Below are positions 18,243-26,166 of a DNA stretch of 64,000 bases, piece by piece. Made by a program: the position numbers and the translations under genes. The notes below the pieces were generated by a model. The model searched no databases and was not told where the DNA came from. It saw only the letters and a list, made by a program, of their open reading frames with translations. The DNA is from an uncultured Acidobacteriota bacterium (GTDB lineage Bacteria > Acidobacteriota > Terriglobia > Acidiferrales > UBA7541), in contig CAVYXN010000005.1 of assembly GCA_963772535.1 (NCBI GenBank), positions 161,408-225,407 on the forward strand, read 5' to 3'. The number at the start of each line of letters is the position of its first letter. Within the stretch, counting starts at the first letter, position 1.

Positions 18243-19436
18243 CTAGTCGTTCGTATGAGCCGATTCGGGCTCTTCGATGAAGACCACACCCACTCCGTTG
18301 CTGCCTTTCTCGCGGCCCGCATCGAAATGAATCACAGTGCCGCGCAGCGATAGCACGCTCGATCGTTTGTCATCGCCCGCCGCTTCAATCACCACCCGCA
18401 ATTCCGACTGTAGCTTCGGGCGGCTCTTCAGCGTCAAATAAGCGCCCTGCAAACTGATGTCGCGCACGGTGGCCTTCTCTTCAAAATTCGAGCCATCCTC
18501 TCCCTGGCCGCTTACCGTCGCGGCAAAACGAATCCGGCGCCGCTGTCCCACGCGCGATTTCGGCAGAGCCACATGAATTCCGCGCTCGCTAAGCGATACG
18601 GTCATTCCCTCCGTGGCCGCCCAAGTGGCGGGAAATTCGTGACGCGCAGCGGAAAGAAAACCATCGATCACTTTGTCGGTTGAGTCCGGATCGTGATGGA
18701 AGAGAATCAGATTCCGGACTTTGCACTCCCGCGCAATCTTCACGCCTTCGAGCCAGCTGGAATGCCCCCAACCCTGTCTTTCCGTGGCCAGTTGTTCCGG
18801 GGAATACTGCGCGTCGTAAACGAAGACGTCCGCTCCGTGCACCAACTCTCTTAAATTTTTGTCGAATTCTGCGACACCGGGTTCATTGTCAGTGGCATAA
18901 ACGATTGAACCGCCGGAAGTCTCCAGGCGGTAACCCAGGCAGCCCTGTGGATGGTTCAGCCATCCGGCGGTAATCTTCGTTCCGCCAATTTCCCACTTTT
19001 GTCCCGAAGTAACTTCGTGAAACGTCCGCCCCGCCGTCATCGTGCTCACGTCCACAGGAAAATAAGGGCTCGCAAGCTGCGCTTCCAGCACTTTCCGAAG
19101 GCTGTCCGGTCCTAGATATTCCGATTGAAAGCTATAGAAGTTGAATTTGTTCTGCGATTCAAAAAGAGGTCGAAAGAAAGGGAGGCCCTGAATGTGATCC
19201 CAGTGGTAGTGCGTCACAAGGACGTGCGCGTGGACACCGCGCTCTCCATGCGTCTCCGTCCAAAGATTCCCCAGCATCCTCATGCCGGTGCCGCAATCGA
19301 GGATGAACCGGGTGCCTTCGGGCGACGTCAGCTCCAGGCTTGGCGTGTTTCCGCCATAGCGCCAGGTATCGCGCTCAAGCGTAGGCGTCGAGCCGCGCAC
19401 TCCCCAGAAAACCAGCTTGGCTGCGTTGTGCGTCAT
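18243..19436 (-). CDS. MBL-fold metallo-hydrolase fused to a C-terminal PilZ (c-di-GMP-binding) domain
   Basis: HYHWDH metal motif and LFHHDPD in the first ~290 aa. C-terminal ~100 aa carry RRRIR (RxxxR) followed 22 residues later by DISLQG (DxSxxG). Confidence 0.85.
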   Translation of the reverse strand: MTHNAAKLVFWGVRGSTPTLERDTWRYGGNTPSLELTSPEGTRFILDCGTGMRMLGNLWTETHGERGVHAHVLVTHYHWDHIQGLPFFRPLFESQNKFNFYSFQSEYLGPDSLRKVLEAQLASPYFPVDVSTMTAGRTFHEVTSGQKWEIGGTKITAGWLNHPQGCLGYRLETSGGSIVYATDNEPGVAEFDKNLRELVHGADVFVYDAQYSPEQLATERQGWGHSSWLEGVKIARECKVRNLILFHHDPDSTDKVIDGFLSAARHEFPATWAATEGMTVSLSERGIHVALPKSRVGQRRRIRFAATVSGQGEDGSNFEEKATVRDISLQGAYLTLKSRPKLQSELRVVIEAAGDDKRSSVLSLRGTVIHFDAGREKGSNGVGVVFIEEPESAHTND

Positions 19437-19678
19437 CGCTGGGCGAAGCTTCCCGCGCGCCGCCCGCGCCCCCTGAGAGTCCCAAAGCCTTGAGGATGAT
19501 GCTCATGGTAGGCGGTGGCAGCGCGCCAAGTCAATTGGGTTTCCCACCGCTGGTTCGTTCCCAGGACTTTGCCCCCCGAATCGGAGTGCCGCGAAAATTC
19601 CACGTCCGCGAAACTTTCGCGACATCCTGCACACTGAAAGGTGGTTCGCATGACTGCTGAGCGAGTAGAATTCAGGGG

Positions 19679-20635
19679 ATGCACGTCCATTCACACGGCG
19701 CTGCTCATAACCACCCGCACCCGCCTATTGACGCGAGCCAGGGGATGACCCTGATTCTCGGCACTGCCGTGGTCGCCACCTTCGCCCTCGTGGCGATCGA
19801 ATTAATCGCCGGATACGCGGCACATTCAATCGCTCTCATTAGCGACGCTCTTCACAACCTGACGGACGTGCCCACGATGGTGATTTCGTGGCTGGCCGCG
19901 CGCTGGGCTATGCGTCCTCCTACTCCCGAAAAAACCTACGGCTATCACCGCACCGGCATACTCGCGGCCTTCATCAATTCGATGCTGCTGGCGATCGTAG
20001 CTCTTTTCCTGATTTACGAATCGATCCAGCGGTTGCGCGTTCCTGTCGAAGTCGAGTCCGGCGTGATGCTCTGGGTTTCGATTCTCGCCCTGGTGGTGAA
20101 TAGCGGCATTACGTTCGCTCTCCATAGCGGCCGGCGCGACCTGAACATCCGTGCCGTCTGGATTCACAATCTCGGCGACGCGCTCTCGAACATCGCCATC
20201 ATCGCCGGCGCGATTGTAATTCGCCGCACCGGCGCGAACTGGATCGATCCCGTCATCGGCATCGCGATAGGCGCGATGGTTCTCTGGACGGGTGCCGGGA
20301 TACTTCGCGAGAGCACCCACATTCTGCTCGAAGGATTGCCGCGCAATATTGATCTGAAAAATGTCGCCGGTGCCATCCTGAAGGTCGATGGCGTACAGGA
20401 AGTCCACGATATTCACATCTGGACGCTGGGCACCGATCTCCACGCACTCTCGTGCCACGCCCGCATCCCGGATATGCATATGGAAGACAGCGAGAAGATC
20501 CTCACCCAAATCTGCGAAGTTCTCTCACGCGATTTCCAAATCTCGCACACCACGGTACAACTGGAACGCGCCGGCCTCCCAGCCGAAGCCGGCCCCTTAA
20601 TGCCCGAGCCCGCCCCATCCCGCCATGCCGATTAG
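19679..20635 (+). CDS. czcD: cation diffusion facilitator family transporter (Zn/Co/Cd efflux)
   Basis: His-rich N-terminus MHVHSHGAAHNHPHP, six TM segments, SDALHNLTD and HNLGDALSN motifs, C-terminal cytoplasmic domain HDIHIWTLG. Confidence 0.9.
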   Translation: MHVHSHGAAHNHPHPPIDASQGMTLILGTAVVATFALVAIELIAGYAAHSIALISDALHNLTDVPTMVISWLAARWAMRPPTPEKTYGYHRTGILAAFINSMLLAIVALFLIYESIQRLRVPVEVESGVMLWVSILALVVNSGITFALHSGRRDLNIRAVWIHNLGDALSNIAIIAGAIVIRRTGANWIDPVIGIAIGAMVLWTGAGILRESTHILLEGLPRNIDLKNVAGAILKVDGVQEVHDIHIWTLGTDLHALSCHARIPDMHMEDSEKILTQICEVLSRDFQISHTTVQLERAGLPAEAGPLMPEPAPSRHAD

Positions 20636-20879
20636 CTTGCCTTCAAGTAGCCTAGGCTTCAGCCTGTGCCCACGTTAGCTACATGCTCAGAAATCCATTG
20701 CTTGGCTAAGACGCGCTCACGTTCTTTTCGCACCACAACACTCGCTTGCAATTTCTGTTGTAGGGCACGGCATGTCGAACACCCGCCGCAGGAGAGGCAG
20801 CCCAAATGCGCGACCTGTGCTCTGCGCTCGGGCAAACGCGAAACAATCTGTGTGTCTTGAGGTATCTGCTATCTAGAAA

Positions 20880-21722
20880 TTAAAGCGGAATCTGCAGCGG
20901 CGTTCCTCGCTCCTGGTTCAAACGCACAGTCGCATCCACGTCCAGTTCGCGCACAGCGACTGCCCGACGTCCGCCACCCAATGTGATGTACACAATCCTA
21001 TCGTCCACGCGCGTAAACGCCACTGCTTCAATCTCCTGCCCGCTTCGCAAGATCAGCGTGAACTCGCCCTCATCCGGCAAGGATTCAGATTGCTCCTGCG
21101 CAAGGCGCGCATTATCCGCCTCCAACTGCTCCATCTGTTGCGACTCTCGCGGCGCACGTTCCTCCGAAGCGGCCTGCCCGTCCTGACCTTGGTCCTGTCC
21201 CTGCTGCTGAGCCACCTGCGCATCCGCGTCTGAATTCAAGTCCGTCCCCGGCACGACTGGCAGCACGTACGCCCCGCCACCATCCAGAAAGATGAACCCG
21301 TTGGCGGCCTTCGGCTTTCTCCGCATGCGTCGCTCGGCCAGCGCCAGCTTCACCTGCGTCGCCGGATCGATCAGCGCCTTGATATCGTGATCTTTGTGAA
21401 TCGCAGCCAGATGCGCGAAATCAAATCCGTCACTTGGAAACGGATTCAAAATCTGCTGCACGGACAGTCCATCGCTTCCTACCAGGTCGGCAGGGACATT
21501 CGCACCCGCACTGGCTCGTGTAGGTGACGCAGCCCTCACAACCCGTGCGCCGCTCGATCGAGTTGCAGTGTGAGCCCGCATCGCCGTGCTATGAGCAACT
21601 GGCGCGCTCGCAGGCGCACTTGGCGCCGCCCGAAAAGTGCCTGTCGCATGTTGGGCCTGAGAAAAGGTAGGTAGAACCAGCAGGACCGCAGCGGCCAGCC
21701 CGAATCTGCCTTGCATTTTCAT
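20880..21722 (-). CDS. secreted hypothetical protein
   Basis: Signal peptide MKMQGRFGLAAAVLLVLPTFSQAQ, Ala/Ser/Thr-rich linker, QQQGQDQGQDGQ low-complexity tract. No recognisable catalytic motif. Confidence 0.6.
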   Translation of the reverse strand: MKMQGRFGLAAAVLLVLPTFSQAQHATGTFRAAPSAPASAPVAHSTAMRAHTATRSSGARVVRAASPTRASAGANVPADLVGSDGLSVQQILNPFPSDGFDFAHLAAIHKDHDIKALIDPATQVKLALAERRMRRKPKAANGFIFLDGGGAYVLPVVPGTDLNSDADAQVAQQQGQDQGQDGQAASEERAPRESQQMEQLEADNARLAQEQSESLPDEGEFTLILRSGQEIEAVAFTRVDDRIVYITLGGGRRAVAVRELDVDATVRLNQERGTPLQIPL

Positions 21723-21964
21723 GGCTGCCTTCCCTTCTTCCTAAATATCAGACGCGAGCACCACTGCCGCGGTTGCACGATTATAGTGCAACTCTATGGC
21801 AGCCCGCTTAGCGCTTCCAGGCACAAAATCCATGCCTTTGGTGTCTACACAGCCTGGGGTCTCACGTCTAGCGAAAGCAGTCCCTCCCCCAGGAATAACG
21901 ATATACGTTGCTTTTCCCGATACGCTGGATGTGCTATAAACGTCCGTCCGAAGGGTGTCCGGAT

Positions 21965-22198
21965 ATGGCTCAGAAACAAGCGGTTTCGCCCTTGTTTGGT
22001 GATCTGGAGCTCCCAGCGGGCCTGCCGCAAGCGGCAAGCACAGCAAAGGCGGAACCGATGGCAAACGCGTATCGCGAGGTTCAGCATTCGGAGCTTCCTT
22101 CCGCTTTCTGCCCGCGCTGCTCGGCCCGGCTTGAGCCACGGAGCTGCAAGCTGATCTGCACTTGCGGGTACTACATGTCCTGTTCGGATTTTTACTGA
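21965..22198 (+). CDS. small Cys-rich protein (possible zinc ribbon), unknown function
   Basis: ATG 21965 within ORF 21908-22198. The C-terminal 29 aa, [29 protein letters not shown], hold 7 Cys. Confidence 0.45.
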   Translation: MAQKQAVSPLFGDLELPAGLPQAASTAKAEPMANAYREVQHSELPSAFCPRCSARLEPRSCKLICTCGYYMSCSDFY

Positions 22199-22301
22199 GT
22201 TTTGCCGAGGAAGATTTGACGAGAATCCTCGCCGCGCTCAGCGGCGATTTCTCCGGGCACCAAATTCAAATACCAGCTGACAGATTCCAGGAGGCGCGAA
22301 C

Positions 22302-22649
22302 GTGGCACTTAGAATGACGGATCGAGAAATGGATGGCGTTACCGTACTCGAGATCGAAGGACGCATCGTGCTCGGCGAAGAAAGCAATGCGTTCCGCGAA
22401 AAAGTGAAAAGCCTGCTCGCAGCCGGCAAAAAGAAAATCGTGCTTAATCTTGCCAACGTCGGCTACATCGACAGCGCTGGACTCGGCACCCTGGTAGCCA
22501 CCTTCCACAGTGCCCGCTCGCAGGGCGCCGTCCTGAAGCTCGCCAACCTAGGCACCAAGTTCAAGGAAGTGCTGCAGGTGACGAAGCTCATGACCGTCTT
22601 CGACACCTACGACAGCGAAGCCGCCGCCGTCGCCAGCTTCCCGAAGTAG
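22302..22649 (+). CDS. STAS-domain anti-sigma-factor antagonist (SpoIIAA/RsbV-like)
   Basis: LNLANVGYIDSAGLGTLV contains the conserved phosphorylatable Ser context (DSAGLG). AGGAGG lies 8 nt before GTG 22302. Confidence 0.85.
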   Translation: MALRMTDREMDGVTVLEIEGRIVLGEESNAFREKVKSLLAAGKKKIVLNLANVGYIDSAGLGTLVATFHSARSQGAVLKLANLGTKFKEVLQVTKLMTVFDTYDSEAAAVASFPK

Positions 22650-22867
22650 CCCGCATCGTCGTCACGCGCCGCGGTCCAGCCGCTGTTTTCTATTGCGCCG
22701 GACCGCGCGCTGCTTGCTTGCTGCCCCAACGCTTCCAAGCGCATGGCCTTAAGCGTTCGCCCTATCCTAAAATGGTCTCCACGTTTTCAAGCGTGCTGCG
22801 AGCGCCTCCCACGGTAGAATGAATATGTGACGAATCGGCGGCAATCCGCGGGAAGCTGGGAGATGAT

Positions 22868-23965
22868 TTGCCACATCCGACCGTCTTCTTCGAGGCATGC
22901 GCTCTAATATCCAATGAGGACATCTTCTTGAATCAGGTGAGCGGTGTGAATCCGCTTACCTCGGGTGTAACCCAAGTGGGGGTACAGGTCATTCGATGTC
23001 CCGCTTGCTCGCAGTCACCCATTCGTCCTGCACTCGAGACCTACCACTCGGCGTCGCTATACGAATGCCCTGGATGTGATCTTCACTTCTCGCACCCGGC
23101 TGCCATGCCCGACGATGCCTGGCACGAACAGACCTATCAAGACCGCGATCAAACCGCGCTGCCGCTCGAACCTGGCCACCGATTTCTCCTGTCGGACCCG
23201 AAAGCACCCAAGAACCGCAGATTGCTCGATCTCGGTTGCGGTGTGGGAAATTTCCTAGCCGCGGCACGCGATTCCGGATTCGAAGTTACGGGCGTGGAAC
23301 TCAACCAAAGTGCGGTCCGCTTTGCGCGCGAAACCTACGGCCTGCGCGAAATTTTCGCGATGCGCCCCGAAGAGTTTCGCGCGGCAAATCCTGCCAAGAC
23401 GTTCGATGTTGTCACGTTTTTTGAAGTGCTGGAACACCAGGACGATCCGCAGGGATTTCTCAAGGTTGCTCAGGAATCTCTCGCGAGTGGCGGCTACATC
23501 GCCCTGAGCGTGCCGAACCGCACCCGATGGCAAAAAGGCGTCGAAACGCTCGATTACCCTCCCAATCACCTCACGCGCTGGAGTCCGCTGGCGCTCCGAA
23601 ACTTTCTCGAGAAGAATGGATTTGAGGTTCTATCCATGAAGCAAGAGCCTCTGAATATCAGCCGCGCCGCTCAAGTCTTAAGCATGGGCCTCCGAACGGG
23701 CCTCGTGACAAAGATCGCGGGCGAAAAACCGCCATCTCCATCCGATCTGGCTGTGTTACCGCCAGCTGAAATGGAAAAAGCGATGGACAGGATGGACCAT
23801 GAACCGGGACACCGGCTGGCTGCTCGCCTCGCCGCGTGGAAAACTTTGGCGATGACTCCAGCCGCCACAGTGCTGCTTCCCTTCCTGCGAATGCGCGGAT
23901 TCACAGGATTGTATTTATACTGTCTGGCACGGAAGCGAGACGGCGTCTCGAAAGCAACAAGCTGA
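22868..23965 (+). CDS. class I SAM-dependent methyltransferase with N-terminal Cys4 zinc ribbon
   Basis: CPACS...CPGCDLHF, then LLDLGCGVGNFL (motif I), FDVVTFFEVLEHQDDP, GGYIALSVPN. TTG 22868 is preceded by GGGAG at 5-nt spacing; the exact start is uncertain. Confidence 0.8.
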   Translation: MPHPTVFFEACALISNEDIFLNQVSGVNPLTSGVTQVGVQVIRCPACSQSPIRPALETYHSASLYECPGCDLHFSHPAAMPDDAWHEQTYQDRDQTALPLEPGHRFLLSDPKAPKNRRLLDLGCGVGNFLAAARDSGFEVTGVELNQSAVRFARETYGLREIFAMRPEEFRAANPAKTFDVVTFFEVLEHQDDPQGFLKVAQESLASGGYIALSVPNRTRWQKGVETLDYPPNHLTRWSPLALRNFLEKNGFEVLSMKQEPLNISRAAQVLSMGLRTGLVTKIAGEKPPSPSDLAVLPPAEMEKAMDRMDHEPGHRLAARLAAWKTLAMTPAATVLLPFLRMRGFTGLYLYCLARKRDGVSKATS

Positions 23966-23966
23966 C

Positions 23967-25061
23967 ATGGGCACCCCCGCAGTCACGATCCTGATCGACA
24001 CATACAACCACGAGCGTTACATCGAAGAAGCCATCGTGAGCGTCCTGGAGCAGGATTTCCCGCGAGCAGAAATGGAAATCCTCGTCGTGGACGATGGCTC
24101 AACCGATCGGACTCCTGAAATCGTCCGCAAATTCGCTCCGGATGTGCGTTTGATCCAAAAAACAAACGGCGGCCAGGCATCCGCCTTCAATGCCGGCATT
24201 CCCGAGGCAAAGGGTGACATTGTCGCATTTCTCGATGGGGACGACTGGTGGGCGAAAGAGAAGCTCAAGGTTGTTACGAACTATTTAAACGCGCGGCCAC
24301 ATATCGGCGTCGTCGGCCACGGCATTTACGAGATCGATTCCGATAGCGGAAATACGAAGGCTACGATTCCGCAGCGCACCCAGGAAATCACTTTCGATAG
24401 CGTTGGAGGTGGCCGCTTTTTCAGGCAGATGATGTGTTTCTTCGGCACCAGCCGCCTCACGGTGCGCCGCAATATCTTGTCGCGAGTGCTTCCAGTTCCC
24501 GAGCGGATCGTGGTCGAAGCAGATGAGTTTGTATCCTTCATGAGCGCCGCTTATTCGGCGGCCGGTTTGATACAGGAACCACTCACATTTTACCGCCTGC
24601 ATCCTGGAAACCTCTTCCAGATCAGAACGAAAGACGAAGTGAAGCGGCGGCGGATTCAGAAAGCCCTCGCAGCATTAGCTGACGAACTTCGCATCCGGCT
24701 TGCTTCCGCGGGAATAGCGCCAGACGTCATCGACGCAATCGTTAAACCGCTCGATGTGGGCAGCAAACGTCTCCGCCTGATGCTCGACGGTGGCAAGCCT
24801 TGGGAAACGTTCCAAACCGAGCGAGACGAGTTTCAAATTGCTTACAAAAAAGGAAACGCCGGCTACCGGCTTTTCAAAGGATTCGTGCTCGCCTGTACGC
24901 TCGTGATGCCTCCCAGGAATTTCTACAAGTTGCGCGACTGGTATAGTCACAGCGAATGGCGCAGAGTCCGAGGGCTGCTCGGGGAACCGGTGCCCAACGC
25001 TGAAATCGGAAACGTCGCGGTAACAAAACCGCTGAATTCAGAACGAAAAGCGGCCCACTAA
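23967..25061 (+). CDS. glycosyltransferase family 2
   Basis: VTILIDTYNHERYIEEAIVSVLEQDF, ILVVDDGSTD, AFLDGDDWW (DxD). Confidence 0.88.
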   Translation: MGTPAVTILIDTYNHERYIEEAIVSVLEQDFPRAEMEILVVDDGSTDRTPEIVRKFAPDVRLIQKTNGGQASAFNAGIPEAKGDIVAFLDGDDWWAKEKLKVVTNYLNARPHIGVVGHGIYEIDSDSGNTKATIPQRTQEITFDSVGGGRFFRQMMCFFGTSRLTVRRNILSRVLPVPERIVVEADEFVSFMSAAYSAAGLIQEPLTFYRLHPGNLFQIRTKDEVKRRRIQKALAALADELRIRLASAGIAPDVIDAIVKPLDVGSKRLRLMLDGGKPWETFQTERDEFQIAYKKGNAGYRLFKGFVLACTLVMPPRNFYKLRDWYSHSEWRRVRGLLGEPVPNAEIGNVAVTKPLNSERKAAH

Positions 25062-25113
25062 AAGAGACTAACCGCTGCGCGACGCCATCGTATTTTCGAC
25101 TTGGTCCTGGGAT

Positions 25114-26166
25114 ATGTTTAACGTCCCGGAGCGAATCTCACTCGCCCTCGCATCTCGCAGAGCCCGCGTTCTGTACTGCGAGATTCCCGTCTCTCGCGTC
25201 CGTCGCAAAGGCCAACCCCTCACCGAAGTAAGCGAAGGAGTCTATCGTTTCGGCCCCGAATATCTCGGCGCGAAGTTGAATTCTCTGCCCGTGCTCGGCC
25301 ATCTCCAATGGAAAGCGGTCGCGAAGCAAATCGTCGAGCGCGCGGAATCTTTAAAACTGAAAGATCCGGTATTCCTCTACTCACATTTCGAGAACATGAC
25401 GCCACTCTGCGAGGAAATGCGAGCCGCAGGCTACCCGCTGGTCCACATCTGCATGGACTACCCAGAACCCTATCAATATGAATTAATTGAGGTCTCTGAT
25501 CAGACCGTCGTGATTCCGAAACACGTTTTCAGCGAGCTTCGATCTAAATACGGCGAGAAAGTTCAATGGATTCCGCAATCGATTCATCTACCAGCTGCGA
25601 CGCCCGAGGGAAACGGATCGCCCTCCGAACCTGCCGAGATCGCTCGCATTCCTCGCCCGCGACTTGGCTATCTCGGCCCAGTCTTTGCGCGTCTTGATCT
25701 GTCGCTTTTACGTGCCGTTCTCGCAAAAAATCCGGACAAGCACTTCGTCTACTTTGGCGACTCCGATCACACCTTACCTCCCAACGCCCACGCGATGGCC
25801 TGGCACCGCTCCGACGAATTGCCGCGCTACCTCGAGTCGCTCGACGCCGGGCTAATGCCGTATGATTGTTTAGGCAAGAAGAATCTGTACTGCTCGCCGT
25901 TGAAGCTATACGACTATTTCCTGAGGGGGTTGCCTGTCGTTTCTACTCCGATTCTTGAAATTTCTGAATTCAAGGATCTCGTTTACGTAGGTTCGACCGC
26001 GGAAGAGCTCTCGGTGGCCGTCGCGCGTGCGCTTGAAGAACCGCCAGACAGCCCAAAACGCGCGCTTCGCATGGATGTAGCACGAGCGCACTCGACAGAA
26101 GCCCAGGGCCAGCGCCTCGAAGAAGTTCTGGCGCTTCTAAAAACCGGTCAGAGGAAATCGGCTTGA
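25114..26166 (+). CDS. GT-B fold glycosyltransferase (GT1/TuaH-like); N-terminus probably extends upstream of the listed ATG
   Basis: C-terminal half has LGYLGPV...LMPY...SPLKLYDYFLRGLPVVST. The in-frame upstream codons encode IVFSTWSWD, which looks like the missing first beta-strand (see findings). Confidence 0.7.
   Translation: MFNVPERISLALASRRARVLYCEIPVSRVRRKGQPLTEVSEGVYRFGPEYLGAKLNSLPVLGHLQWKAVAKQIVERAESLKLKDPVFLYSHFENMTPLCEEMRAAGYPLVHICMDYPEPYQYELIEVSDQTVVIPKHVFSELRSKYGEKVQWIPQSIHLPAATPEGNGSPSEPAEIARIPRPRLGYLGPVFARLDLSLLRAVLAKNPDKHFVYFGDSDHTLPPNAHAMAWHRSDELPRYLESLDAGLMPYDCLGKKNLYCSPLKLYDYFLRGLPVVSTPILEISEFKDLVYVGSTAEELSVAVARALEEPPDSPKRALRMDVARAHSTEAQGQRLEEVLALLKTGQRKSA

Noticed and set aside
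19437-19678. Possible NiCo (czcD-motif) riboswitch or metal-responsive leader upstream of czcD.
   Set aside because: I could not recognise the conserved junction nucleotides of that riboswitch class by eye. An Infernal scan with the Rfam NiCo model would settle it.
19650-19760. Plus-strand 36-codon uORF (MTAERVEFRGCTSIH...) with AAGGTGG-N5-ATG, overlapping the czcD start out of frame.
   Set aside because: The peptide is Arg/Thr-rich with no features. The His-rich czcD start at 19679 has its own purine-rich leader, and there is nothing to indicate function beyond a chance Shine-Dalgarno-like string.
22664-22711. Imperfect hairpin GCGCCGCGGTCC...GGACCGCGCGC after the STAS gene as a Rho-independent terminator.
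   Set aside because: It has a bulged stem, a 22-nt loop and no downstream T-tract, which is too weak to call.
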